This document shows, piece by piece, positions 13,336-26,975 of a stretch of DNA of 64,000 bases. A model generated the notes under the pieces. It ran no database searches and was not told where the DNA came from. It worked only from the letters and a program-made list of their open reading frames with translations. The stretch spans positions 15,686,001-15,750,000 of the forward strand of contig NC_043009.1 in NCBI RefSeq assembly GCF_006345805.1, given 5' to 3'. The position numbers and the translations under genes are program-made. The first letter of the stretch is position 1, and every line of letters begins with the position of its first letter. This DNA comes from Octopus sinensis. Taxonomy: Eukaryota.

Positions 13336-13600
13336 GTTATAAAAAGACGTATTGCAAATCATGAATATATTTTCAGGAACAGGGATAATTTGAGTAGCAT
13401 CAGTTTATGGAAATTTATATGGAAGTTAAAAGATAATAAATTGCATAAGCTTAAATGGCAAATACTTAGTCATGCTATATCTTATTAAATTTCTGATGAC
13501 GGCTGTAACGTTTGTGTGGAGAAAATATATCAAATTTTAACATGAAAAGAGAAACCTCTTAATGCCATACAGGAATGCGTTTAATCTTGTAAACACTATT
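13336..13600 (+). mobile_element. Decayed PLE GIY-YIG endonuclease C-terminus (probably Naiad-type)
   Basis: IKRRIANHEYIFRNRDNLSSISLWKFIWKLKDNKLHKLKWQIL..Y*ISDDGCNVC resembles the KxRxxNH..F..LSK.IW.LK..I.W.IL..C.LC signature of invertebrate PLE endonucleases. Confidence 0.65.
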
Positions 13601-13826
13601 TAAAATATGTGTTTAGAAAATATAATTAAATCATATTTATTATTTAGAGGATTATATTGAATTAATATTATATATGTTACATATTTTATATTTTTTTTAG
13701 AATGTACATATGTATATGTATGTATTATATATATATGCATGTATGTATATGTATGTATTATATATATATGCATGTATGTATATGTGTATATATATGTATG
13801 TATATATATATTATATATATATATAT

Positions 13827-13857
<31 letters not shown>

Positions 13858-14106
13858 ATGCAGCTATATGTATAATCATTTAGTAAATTTATTAGTAGGA
13901 TATATTAATCTATATACAATAATGTGAGTAGATTCAGTAATACTAATTGTCTTCAATTGTATTACAATATACTTATGTATTCGCTATAATTATTTAAATG
14001 AAATATTAAATTTAAATTTGAAGGAATAATAGTTACATAATTATAGTTTTTACTATTTATTTAAGAGATTTATTTATATTTCTCTGAATATATATGGGAA
14101 GTATAT

Positions 14107-14164
<58 letters not shown>

Positions 14165-15865
14165 AGTGTGTGTATGTGTGTGAAAGAACAACTAATTATT
14201 TGTTAATTATTCATTGTTATTATTTTTTATTTTTATATAACTTAAATGTATACTCACATATATGCAAGATATGTCATGTGTATATATGTATATATGTATC
14301 TGTATGTATCTATGTATATATATATGTGTGTGTGTGTATGTGTGTATATATATATATGTATATGTATATATATATTATATATATATATATATATATACGC
14401 ATATTATCACGTGATCCAACATTTTATATATATTGACTTATGGTGGTATATTTTTCTCTGCAAAACTAAGTAACTTTTGTTGTATCTGGGGAGAGTCATT
14501 TTCTTTTTGTGCCTTATAACAACTTTTGATTTTTATTTATTTATTTGTTTTTATTTTATTTTGTGTAATAATTAGTATAAGTAATAAACATATTGTTGCA
14601 TAAAGAAAAATTATAACTTTAAGAAATATAATAATTCTTAAATATAATTTCATATGTTTCAAATAAATTTTAGATAATTATAAATATACGAATATTTATC
14701 GCTGACCCTATCGTACTTAGTAAATTTCTATTGTGAAATTATGTATCTTTTGTTCTTCTGTTCTTTCGAAAATAACCAATTCATAAAAATCTTAAACATA
14801 TTGATCTACAGTAAGTTCTTTTCCTCTGAAAAACTAAGTAACTTTTTGATCATTTATTTATTTATATTTAATTGTCTATTCATTTCATATACAAATTAGT
14901 ATACGTAATAAATAATCGTTATCTTGATAAAATTGTTTACCATCGGCGTATTGAGAATAAACAAACTTTTGAATAAATAGTTCATTAAGGGATTTTTATA
15001 TGACTTTTGTAAACTTTTTTTTTAATAATAGATTTATATTATTATGATAATATGTATTTATGGTTATATTTTTTCGAAAGTTATTTTCTTAATACAACTT
15101 CGTAATTTTTAACTTTGATTGCATTTTTAATATATGTGATTATAAATGTTGAATAAAATGTAATTTATAATATTAATCAGTACTGGTCAATTGAGGATAA
15201 CCTATTTTAAATCATTTTCTTTGCTGTTTAGCCAAGATAAATAGCGGGTTGTTTTTCTTTCATAATACCAGTGAGAATAAGGAATTTTTCTGAATAAATA
15301 GTCTGAATCACATGTCTTGTCCCTAAATAGTAAGGAAGAATAAAATTTCACCATAAATTCTTAGCATATTATTTCTGTTTTTTGTTTTTTTTTAACTAAT
15401 GTGCAGAAATATACTTAGATTGATATTCTTAAAAGTGCTGAAACCTATTTTGCGAGCGTTATATTGCGTTTTGTTTATTCATTTATTATAAATGTATTTA
15501 GATTTGTTTTATTATATATATAAAAAAAAATTCACGTTCACGCTTAAAAACATAAACATATTTAATTCAGTCTGTATTGGGAGCTAAGAATTCTCATAAG
15601 CAATTTTTGTCAAATATTTCCCTGACGAGATGCTTACCCATAAATATGAATTTTTATAACTTTATTATTGGATTTGAATTGAAGCAATTGTAGGATTTTA
15701 ATATTATAGCGCTCACACACTAGATAAAAAATTTCCTCCCATAAAAGTTCAGTAACCTATTCTTTAAAATTTTCATGATTATTTTCACATTCTTTTAAAT
15801 CACCTTTAGACGTTCAAATATATATATATATGTGTGCGTTTGCGTGTGTGTGTGTGTAAATATAC

Positions 15866-15902
<37 letters not shown>

Positions 15903-15907
15903 CGTGG

Positions 15908-15938
<31 letters not shown>

Positions 15939-17934
15939 TTATATATATATATAATGTGAGTGAAGGTCAGAAAAGTTTACGTATATACTAGTGTTTGTGA
16001 AATTCTATAATACATAGATGTTCATATACATGTACATCAACAGTGAATTGTACCACGAGAAGAAATATGGTGAAAGCAATAGAGGTGAATTCACCGTTTA
16101 AATCAATAATGCTTCACTTAAGGATTTACGTCTGATTTATTTGTTTAGATGATATCCTTGTGTCTTGTAAGAGCACATATTTTTAATGAGACTTTCGTGA
16201 CACAACTTACTTTGGATGATAGAATATAGAATCATCTCCAAATATACCGTTCATTCAGAAAAGTAAAAACAAGAATGAGGGGAAAACAAAATAGGCGGAT
16301 ATGTGGTGGGAAAAGAGGAAAGAATAAATATTTAGGGGTCAAATGGGAATGCGGTTTTATGGAGAGGAGTTAGGAAAAGAAGAGGAGTTAAGGTTTTGTG
16401 TGATCATGTATCGGAAAGTATCCGTGTATAGAAATAGTCATAGCAGAAGTTGTGTGTTTTGTGTGTATATATGGTTATGTATGTATATGTGCTTCTATGT
16501 AAGGATGTGGTTTATTAAAACAAAATATGCTAGACTTAGTTGTAGAAATTACATGTATTTTGGGTATACATATATGTCTTTGGTTAAGCTATACAAGAAG
16601 AAGTATTAAATTCCAAACATGAGCGTCACCAAATTTTAACTCTTGTTAGATTTATATTCAGAGTCAGAGGAAATTTTAATACATGTCATCGCAGTCCTAT
16701 CATTAGCAGAATATTTTAAACGGATAGAGTATAGGAAACAAACCGTATATCTGTAGTAAGGAGCAGCACTTTAATTTCTGAGTTCATATCTTAGCGGGAT
16801 ACACGCATCTTTTTACTTATTTATTGGATCAATACATTAATCTCTTGATCTGTGATAGATTCAAATGAGTATACCCAGCGTTTATAAGTTTCTAGCCTTG
16901 TAGCAATATTGGAAATCGATAAGTGATTTTACAATTGTAATGCCTGCCCACAACATTATTTCGATTACCATTAGATGTAAATTTATTCACTCAGTCAAAT
17001 GCATTTAACGATCAGTTGATCATTTTGTGAAGTACTTTCTGTCACATAATTAACTTGAATATTTCTACATCTTATTCTGTCAAAAACAGAGTAAACAATC
17101 ATTTTCTAAAAGACGGGAAAATAGTCTTTACTTCGCGATATAAAATGAATTGCTCTTTACTTACAGGGATATCAGTGCGTGACACAATACTTCAGAATTA
17201 AAATTTAGCTTAATCCGCCTTAAACATATATTTCTAAACCAATTTCATTTAGTCTTTTACGATGCCATTTTAGAGTTCAGTGTACCAATAATGATATAGA
17301 TTGTTTCTGTGGCTTTCCCCTGTTCTTTAGGAATGCCGAGGAAAACTAATCGTTTAAGACGATTAGATGTAATTACAAACAACTCTATTGGAATTACTCG
17401 AAACGCTTCCTTCAGGTGAGTCATATTGTAAATAATGATGCCTTGCTTTTGACATACAGATATATTTATATTACAGAGAACAAATACAATAATCAATATT
17501 CGGGTGAATATACGAAAGAACGTTTCAGATATCCGTAGCCTGTGAATATTTCGGTGTATAACCGATTAAATTCTCCCTCACGCAGTGACATTCATGTGTA
17601 GGCATACACACAAAAGCACGAAACCCATATGATTATGCGTGCATGCGAACGTGTATATAAGTATGTAAATGTATGTGTGTGTATGTATGTATGTATATAT
17701 ATATGCATACATACAAACACACAAAACAGGTAAACTAAATGATAGAGAGGAATATCATTTACACGTATGTACATGTGTATGTGCATATATACATTGTGAA
17801 GTACATACATATACGTGTAATATTTCAAATGATATTTCTGTGTGCTTGTTTGTGTGTGAGTGTATGCGCCCGTACGTGCGAGCGTGTCTGGTGTGTATGT
17901 ATTTATGTATATACGCACAATAGATGTGTGTATG

Positions 17935-17993
<59 letters not shown>

Positions 17994-18129
17994 TATGTAT
18001 ACACGTGCTCCTCATCGTTTGAAATGCTACTCAAATTGCGTGTGTACGTTTGTGTGTATATACACAGACAGGCAGACAGATACATACATAGATATATACA
18101 TACATACATGCATACATACAATACATACA

Positions 18130-18163
<34 letters not shown>

Positions 18164-18297
18164 CCTGCATACATACATACATTCATACGTACGTACGCAC
18201 ATACATACATACATACATACATACGTACGTACGCACATCTACGTTGTCATGTTGCATATTCATCTTTTTCTAGTTTTCTCTATATGCATGTATGAAA

Positions 18298-18351
18298 ACA
18301 AAATACGTTTCGGAATCTGCTTCGTTGAACTCCGGATCTCTCTTCAGTTGT
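18298..18351 (-). ncRNA. Type I hammerhead ribozyme (intact core, imperfect helices, GUA site)
   Basis: Minus strand: acaa-CTGAAGA-gagatc..gattcc-GAAAC-GTA-ttttgt. Helix II has 5/6 pairs, helix III is the ACGT palindrome, helix I needs a bulge. Predicted cleavage between 18304 and 18303. Confidence 0.6.
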
Positions 18352-21300
18352 ATCCGTGTTTCATTGTCGTCCGTTTGAGTTTTCTGAAACAAATATTTTT
18401 CACTAAAACCTTGAAACTCAGTAGCATTAATGCTACTTTAGAAACTAAATACTAATGTTCTTCCATTAATCTCAATCAAACAAAGAAATATTTACTATTT
18501 ACCAAATATGGAATGATTACCCGATTATTGATCATGATAATATAATTAACACAAATATAAAACATATAAAGTATTTACAGAATCGTCTAATTTGATTAGC
18601 ATTCAGCAAATTTCTCCGTGTTTCTTGAAACAATCCAAATTCATCACAACAGACTAATTAACTTATTTTTCCCATTTAGTGTCTCTCGCTTTTAGACGAA
18701 TGAAAACAGTAACTATGTGTTACACTTACGGCGTATTATGGGGCTTTGAATGGAATTAATTTTAGAAAGAAAACTGATTATGTTGTCTTTTGTTTTCTAT
18801 CTATTAAATAGAATCGATTTAAATCAATTTACTGAACTATTATCTTTCAGATACTTCGATAACTTTCGCTTTACTAGATGAAAAAACGCAAGATTTTAAA
18901 TTTAAAATGTTTGTCCTTTTAAAATGCTGAATTTAATATAAAATATATTTGATCTACATACAAAGAACCTTTGAAAGAATTAGAAAGTTATTAACTATTC
19001 TTCTATTTGCATTTTCTTAAAAATCTTTCTCTGCGAAGGCTTAATCAACAATCATTTTTATATTGTTTAACTAAGAAACTTTATTTTTTAAATATATTAC
19101 GTAACATTTTACAATCTTAGAATATCACTTTCCAATACACACACACGCGCACATATACGTACGCACAGTGGATTAACCCGCACATTTTTTTGCTGGTCGT
19201 GTGCAGCAGGCAAACCATAATAAACAGTTGAATACTCGCATAGAATCAATTCCTTATCCTTCGCACACAGCATATCGTTAATAGCGCTCGCCTTGTATTT
19301 TCAATGGTAAATCTAATTCTGAGAGCAGAAATGTAGAATTGTCACGAATAAAATTTCTGAGCTGGGCAACAGGCACAGTCATTGCAACCCCATTTATGCA
19401 CATCTGTTAATATAGGCAATTCTCAGGGAGATTGCTTTCTAAATATACATGTTTAAACTTGCGCATATCACATTGTCCACCATTAGTATATCCTCAAAAC
19501 TTGTGTCTTTGTTGTGTGATGAAGCAATGATCTCAAATAGAATACTTCTCCTTGAGACGGACGAAATATAATTTAATCTGTAAAGCGTTCCCGCTGTTCC
19601 TTCTAATTGTTTTGTATTCTGTCCGTAAGTTTTATTCAATAAATAACACACTAATACTGTTGTAAATTGCAAATTATGCTACTTTTCGCTTCTGGATCTT
19701 ATGCGTTTTTATCGTAGTTCTCTGCGACTTTGCATGGTTTATGTTGTTACAAGGTACTTTTTACTCTCTTTGAATAATATTTATTGTTGATTAGAGGAAT
19801 AAATCTGATGACCCTTTTCGAAATGATGCCTTGCTGAATGAGAAATTTAAAAAGTCTCCTGTATGATTCTGTTATTCCAAGATACACGCATTAAAAAAAA
19901 AGTTAATGATCTCTTTCTTGAGCTGCATCTACGATATCAGGACGAACTCGTCTTCGTTCTATTTCTACACGATCAGTAAATGTATTTGAGAGTGAAATAT
20001 ATCGAGCCATGTTTTCTTTTTGTGTGCATAAAAAAAAAATTAGATTAAATAGACACAAATCTTGTTTACCCTTGCATTGCATATGTGAATTCCATGAATA
20101 ATTTGAAGAAATTCAATATTATGTTTTTCATTACATTTCAGAAGTGGTGAATTGGCAGTATCCTTATTCCTTCCGACTCACTAGTATCTGAGTTCAAATT
20201 CATACGAATTCAAGTTTATTCTTTCAGGATCGATAAACAAAAACTATCAGTTTGGTTTGGTGCATTTAGAGAACAGAAATAACGTCAGCCTTACAGTATT
20301 TTCTAACATTTTTCTTGATCAGTTCAAATTTCTCAGTTTCGCAGCCCTCTCGGATGCTGGATTTATTCTGTCGTCCATTTTAAAGACATGACATTACCAT
20401 TTGCCACCATAAATGTCTGGAGTATACATGTAAAATGGCTTGTATTGCTGAATTGGGTGGTGGCAGGTTGGTCAGGCATTCGTAGCAGGATGTTTCTGAA
20501 ATGCTCCCAAAAGCAATCAACAAGGCTTCTGTATTCTTCCTCAGTGTATAGGGCACTATAAAGTTTGCATTCGTGCAATATATATAATGGTGGACGATGT
20601 GCAACAGGTCTCTATGATATGATCTTCTGTTTAGATCTAGTGATTGTGATATTATTAATGTGGGGAAGGGGTTGCGTTGTCTACTATCACATTAAAAAGT
20701 GCCTGGTTATAAGGGACACGGCACAGTGGATCTTCTTAAAACGCATGTGCATATTAGTATGTTTTGTTTTATGTATATATTTCTTTGCATATCATAGCAT
20801 TCTAGACATGTGTATATATGCTTACATGCTAAACTTCTGGAAAGTTTTGCGAATGTTGACAGTTCCATTCATGGCTTGCGTATGTAATCTTCTAATTACA
20901 TTTCTCATTTCTGTTTTTGAGTATAGGTAATTTGTCAAGTTTGTTACCCAATGTAGTTTGTTACAGTGTCCTATTAATTACAGACATAACGCTGAACCTC
21001 TAATCCGACTAGAGTAGCTGTAAATTTCTCAGTCGTTCAGCGTAGGTGTTTTCTTTTCCACTGATCTTTTGTGCTGGCATCTGCTAGGCAATTGATTTCC
21101 ACAATGTACATATTCTATCTTCTCTATCACAAATCGCAATCTTGTCTATTATGCGTACACATTATCACTGGAATATTGCACCAGTGTTCTTTCATTATAA
21201 GTGCCTATGGTCTCTACTATATTGCGAGTTCTTGGGCCTCAGGGTTATCCTTTCGGCGGTTCTCATTATACAGTGTCTTGGTTACAACGTCATGTCACAT

Positions 21301-21408
21301 CGGTGGATAATACCACGATGACATTTTTGGACAACTGCTTATGAGGCGGTTGATATCTTCGGCGGTAAACAGCGATAAAACAGCAATGAAACAGCAAACA
21401 GTGTTTTA

Positions 21409-21521
21409 TATGTAAGCCCAGTATTTATTCTATCGGTCTCTTTTGCCGAACCGCTAAGTAACAGGGACATAAACACACCAACATCAGTTGTCAAGCAATG
21501 CTAGGGGGACAAACACACACA

Positions 21522-21562
<41 letters not shown>

Positions 21563-21724
21563 ATATACGACGGGATTCTTTCAGTTTCCGTCTACCAAAT
21601 CCACTCACAAGACTTTGGTCGGCCCGAGGCTATAGTAGAAGACACTTGCCCAAGATGCCACGCAGTGGGACTGAACCTGGAATCATGTGGTTGGTAAACA
21701 AGCTACTTACCACACAGCTACTCC
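21409..21724 (-). mobile_element. tRNA-derived SINE family A (3'-truncated)
   Basis: ggagtagctgtgtggtaagtagcttg..ccaggttcagtcccactgcgtggc.. with the internal (TA)n tract. Confidence 0.9.
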
Positions 21725-21732
21725 ATTATATA

Positions 21733-21819
<87 letters not shown>

Positions 21820-22214
21820 GTGTTTATATATACATATATCCACCATAGGTTATTTGCCAACATAATGTGGATGTTCTAGAATGGACAGCACTTCCGTCCA
21901 GTACAAAACAACATATTTTCGAACAGCTAGTTCAGCAATGACATCTAACCAAGCAGTTACTCTGATAACAAGCATTAACCCAGAAACAGGTCCATTGAGT
22001 TTTGAAAATATAAGGACACATATATTGTATCCTATAGCCAGCAAGAAACGATGTTTTCTGGAGCTAAACAACAGTAACAATCCTTCCTTCAAGGACAGAC
22101 ACATTATGTTGGCAAATAGCCTTTACTTCCAAGAACTGTTACTGCATATCTCACTTTGAGAGATTTAGAAATAATATATACCTACACATACACACACACA
22201 CGTAGCACACACGC

Positions 22215-22230
22215 GCATAAACACACACAC

Positions 22231-22310
<80 letters not shown>

Positions 22311-22363
22311 TATATATAACATGCATACATATATATACATATATATATATACATACATACATA

Positions 22364-22437
<74 letters not shown>
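22215..22437. repeat. Long (TA)n microsatellite
   Basis: Direct inspection. Confidence 0.95.
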
Positions 22438-22442
<5 letters not shown>

Positions 22443-23049
22443 AAATATCTGATATTCTGCTTCAATCTCGCGGTTGAAATTATTAAATAACGCATGAGAT
22501 ACTAAATTAGTAAAACATCAGAGGAGCATTGATCTGTTAATCAATGTTTTCAGTTTGTGTATATATGGTATTGAGGAAAACTCCTCACATCACTTCACAT
22601 GGAAATGATTTACTTATTCTTGTTGCAACAATTGAATTATCATTACATGCTTGTAATCACGTTCAATAAACAGTGATTACATAGATATATATCTGCTGGG
22701 ATTCTAATTTCCACAACTGTACACAGTTTCTCTTCTGTGTCTCAAATCATTATATCAGGTCTATTGTGCTTGCTACATCATGCCTTAACGGTAGATAATA
22801 CAGTGATAACATTTTCGGACAACTAATTATGACATGAGAGATATCGTCGGTGTAAACTCCACAAGGTCTTCTCGGTTGTCACATTTTACTGCTCTTTTCT
22901 GCATTTTCATCCCTTTTGTGCATCAGTTATTTGGTTGATACTTCCTGTTCCTGGATTGCAAACGTATACCTTTCAAAGTGGGAGGTAGTAATCCGGCTAC
23001 TGGTCCTGCCTATCAGTGAAAAACAGAATACCTACGCTAAACTATTGAG

Positions 23050-23320
23050 AAATCTGCAGCTTCTCTGATTACAATTTTAGGTTTACATTTCTAATTATTG
23101 GCGCCATGGGATATGTAACGCACTGCCTAAATACTAATATTGAGAAATTAGGCTTCTCAAAATCCGAAAGGTGACAGCTAATTCGAAGACTACAGATCCA
23201 ATTCATCACTGGAACTGTATATGTCTGTTAAAATTTCCAGAAGTTTATCATTTAAATATAAATGAAAATTTCTAGATATGCAACTATATACATGAGAATA
23301 CATACATAAAACAAAACATC
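23050..23320 (+). repeat. Unclassified ~260-bp repeat, copy 1 (copy 2 at 28815-29070)
   Basis: Shared blocks: cactgcctaaatac, tgagaaattag.cttctcaaaa, cgaagactacagat, tggaactgta, tttccagaagtttatcatttaaatata, tacatacataaaaca. Confidence 0.85.
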
Positions 23321-24093
23321 CCAATATTGCTTCACAAACGTTTTAGCAAAAACACGTCGTCCACTGATTAATTTACAGGAATAAATGAGAATTATTGAAA
23401 GTACATGAAATCAGAATAAATAAAATGATTAAGAACAATAGCAAGGATAATAGGCTTGCACTTTTCTCGTCTGTTGTTTTCTAATTTTAGTTTAACCACC
23501 CATGAACAGTTTATGTTCTTCATTCAGAGGTGGAGCGTGTTTGTTTTGTACTTACACAAAATTTTCCTTTTTGCTTCGGTAGAATAGATACATAAAATTT
23601 TATATTATTTTAAAAACTAACCATAATTAATGTTGGTAAACATTTATTTTTAACTAATCGCCTATTGCTGAAGCCAATCAGCCGTTGGGAAACAAACGTT
23701 AGACCTTTAGATCTTCTTGCAACCAGCTTCAAAACGAGCATTAATAATTGTGTTATTTAAGACATAAAACTATTTGCTTCAACGCTAAGTCATAATAGAT
23801 TTAAGCAATTAGCTAGAAGAGATAAAGTATAGGATTTCATTATTGTTTAAGGGATTGTTTATTTGCTTTCAGTACACTAGTTCATGTGGTGAATATACAA
23901 TACGATTTATATTAAATATTTTAGTAGTTGACTTTTCGAAACCGATGGAAGAATGTTCCGATTCGCCTGTCGGTGCCCTAGGGTATTATGATTCGTTTAG
24001 AAATACTAGTTCCCAGTTTAAAAGCAATATATATATAAATACATACATACATATATATATATAATATATATATATATATAATATATATATAGG

Positions 24094-24775
24094 AAAAAGT
24101 ATCTTGTATAGTGGCATTTTCAAACTTCTTTTGATGTTTGGAAATCTCTGATGTTTTTTCGGCTGACGAGTACGAGCAATCTATATTTACTGCAACATTT
24201 GTAGCTTATTAAATATGTCCTCGTACGAAACAATTGTACCGATATTTTAATCCATTCTTGTTGCTTTTTTCCTATTTGTAATCACCCCACTTGTCGTATG
24301 GTTAACACCATATAGATTTCCGGTGCATCCTAGTTAAGGACCATATTCATGTGAATTAGTTAGAATTCACTTGAATCTCAATTACTTAAACCGTATATAT
24401 ATATATAATATATATATATATAATATATATATATATATATTATATATATATATATTATGTATGTATGTATGTATATATATATATGCCTGCATTTATACAT
24501 ATAGATATATACGTATGTATATATATATGCTGCTACTGCCATTTCAGCTACTGACCATTCGAACACATAAGACAGCTATTATACTTACTCCCCACAAAAA
24601 GACAACCACGTGGATTCTGTTGAGACCAGTAAGAAACAATTATGAACTTTTTTATAAGACTTAACTTTTTAAAATATTTTTGATAAGGTTCGTTTTTTCA
24701 AGAAGAATCGAAATATGTAAAATTTCTAAGAAAATTAAAAATTATCTTATATAGTGGCATTTTCAAACTTCTTTT
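24094..24775 (+). mobile_element. Retrozyme-like partial tandem unit (643-nt period) with hammerhead
   Basis: A 39-nt direct repeat (2 mismatches) at 24094-24132 and 24737-24775 encloses one hammerhead. No ORF. Flanked by (TA)n. Confidence 0.7.
24159..24242 (+). ncRNA. Type I hammerhead ribozyme (canonical, extended helix II, GUA site)
   Basis: tcgg-CTGACGA-gtacgag(43-nt self-folding loop)ctcgtac-GAAAC-aatt-GTA-ccga. Perfect helix I (4 bp) and helix II (7 bp, G10.1-C11.1), palindromic helix III acaattgt. Predicted cleavage after 24238. Confidence 0.9.
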
Positions 24776-24810
24776 TTATCAATATATATGTATGTATGTA
24801 TGCATATGTG

Positions 24811-24929
<119 letters not shown>

Positions 24930-24959
24930 TATATGCATGCATTCATTTGTATGATTTTG

Positions 24960-25184
24960 TGTCTGTTTCTCCGCCCACCAACACCGTTGCTTGACAACCG
25001 ATGTTGGTGTGTTTACGTGTCCGTATGGTAGCGTTTGGGCAAAAGAGACTGACAAAATAATAACTAGGCTTACACAGAATAAGTCCTGGGTTCGATTTAT
25101 CGGCTAAAACACTTTAAGGCGGTACTCCATCTTAGCCGCTTTCAAATGACGGAAAAACAAGTAACGGAATAAAAGAATGAAAGA

Positions 25185-25185
<1 letters not shown>
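24960..25185 (+). mobile_element. SINE family A, 3' half
   Basis: gcttgacaaccgatgttggtgtgtttacg..gcaaaagagac..gaataagtcctggg..aaggcggtactcca. Confidence 0.85.
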
Positions 25186-25221
<36 letters not shown>

Positions 25222-25300
25222 AATATATATAGGGAGAGTTTACGAGAAAAAAAAACAAAAGACGAAGACAGGTGGTATATATACATACTTGCATGAATAA

Positions 25301-25376
<76 letters not shown>

Positions 25377-25869
25377 ATATATACATATATATATACAAGA
25401 TTCACTGGAAGATCATGGCCAAGTGTAAGCCTTGTATATTCAAGTTTTGCGGCGAATGAGAATGTTTTACGGTTTATGTTTTTTGTGTGTTTTTATTTGT
25501 ATATACGTCTATCTGCGTATGTATATGCATGTGCGTATAAACCACGTTTTGTATATCCGCGAATGTATGTGCGTGTAGAGATGTGTATATGAGCGTTGTG
25601 ATGCGTGCAAGGGTATATATTCGTGTGTATATGCATGTATGCGTAAACATATATATGTATATATGTGTGTTTTTAAGTATATGTACATGCGTGTATGAGT
25701 ATGTATAGATATATATATATATATATATAAGCATACATGTGTGTGTCTGCGTACGTGTATGTGTGTGTGAATATGTGTGCATATGCAGATTTTATGAATG
25801 AAGCATTACTTTTCCATGCCCATTGGAGTAATTTCCCTTTATTCAACAGTTTTTTCATAGCGTTTGTCT

Positions 25870-25932
25870 TAATAACTGATGAGATGCCGGACCAGACTTC
25901 AGCCCCGGCATCCGAAATTCTGAGTTTTATTA
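25870..25932 (+). ncRNA. Type I hammerhead ribozyme (intact core, GUU site)
   Basis: taataa-CTGATGA-gatgccgg(14 nt)ccggcatc-c-GAAA-ttctga-GTT-ttatta. Helix I 6 bp, helix II 8 bp, near-palindromic helix III. Predicted cleavage after 25926. Confidence 0.8.
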
Positions 25933-26019
25933 TGACAACCAACTGATTGTCACATATTATATTTATAGATAAATTCCTCTATTTTACATATCGAGATCGC
26001 ATTCATTCTTTTGTTGTCA

Positions 26020-26028
26020 TATTATTAC

Positions 26029-26114
<86 letters not shown>

Positions 26115-26119
26115 CATCA

Positions 26120-26175
<56 letters not shown>
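26020..26175. repeat. (TTA)n microsatellite (3' tail/target of LINE at 26176)
   Basis: Direct inspection. Confidence 0.95.
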
Positions 26176-26900
26176 TTCCTTCTTTCTTCAAATTTTCTTC
26201 CGTTTCTCGCCAAGTGTTTTCCATACATCTAGGGCAAAGAAGATCATTGTATGAATTCCCAGATTACACACGCAAATTCACAGGTAAAGTATGTATTTAA
26301 ATAAATAAATAAATAAATAAATTCATGAATGGATGTTGTTTTCACAGCGATAATGCTCTTCTCAGTACATGAGTCGTTCCAGTTAACACGACTTTTGCAC
26401 TTCCTGTAGGGGCGGTAAGCCTGGTATCATTTTCAAATAGGTTTCAGTACCTTTTTTTTATCATTCCTAGAGATCCTATAATCACTGGTACTGTAGTCGC
26501 CTTGAGATGCCACATTTTTTTCAATTTCTATTAGCAAGTCTTTATATTTACTAATCTTGTCAAATTCTTTCGCTGCTATATTGTGATCGCAAGGAATACT
26601 CATGTCAATTAATAAACACACCTTTTCTGTCTGATCTTTTATGATAATATCCGGTTTATTAGCTCTTATAGTTTTGTCGGTATGTAATTCTAGAATCGAC
26701 ACATTACTCCCTCAGTCACAGCTTCAGGATGGTGTTTATACCATTTGTCAGCAGTTTTGATTTTATAATGCTGACATTATACTGTCCGACTCATGTCTTG
26801 CTTTATATTCTGCAGGTGCTAAGACTCTACACACTGAGATTAGGTGGTCTATAGTTTCAATCTCATCGTTACAGAATCGGCATTTTGGGTCAGCTCCATT
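26176..26900 (-). mobile_element. 5'-truncated R4/Dong-type LINE (CCHC + RLE + 3' UTR)
   Basis: Minus strand: KCRFCNDEIETIDHLISVC, HTDKTIRANKPDIIIKD..CLLIDMSIPCD..KISKYKDL (PD-D/E endonuclease), PVIIGSLG, VLTGTTHVLRRALSL* (stop 26342-26344). Then the 3' UTR and an (AAT)n tail. (TAA)n also lies on the 5' side. Confidence 0.92.
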
Positions 26901-26911
26901 TTTTTATTATT

Positions 26912-26975
<64 letters not shown>

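Noticed and set aside
14915-14960. Possible decayed hammerhead in the 14.4-15.3 kb repeat
   Set aside because: Both core boxes are altered (TTGATAA, GTAT).
16180-16262. Minus-strand CTGAATGA, long hairpin, GAAA
   Set aside because: The core has an insertion, and the hairpin does not abut GAAA.
19800-19830. CTGATGA-cccttttc-GAAA
   Set aside because: No complementary helix I or II.
19880-20604. Short non-repetitive minus-strand ORFs (MARYISLSNTF.., 20363-20604)
   Set aside because: No recognisable domain, splice structure or codon signal.
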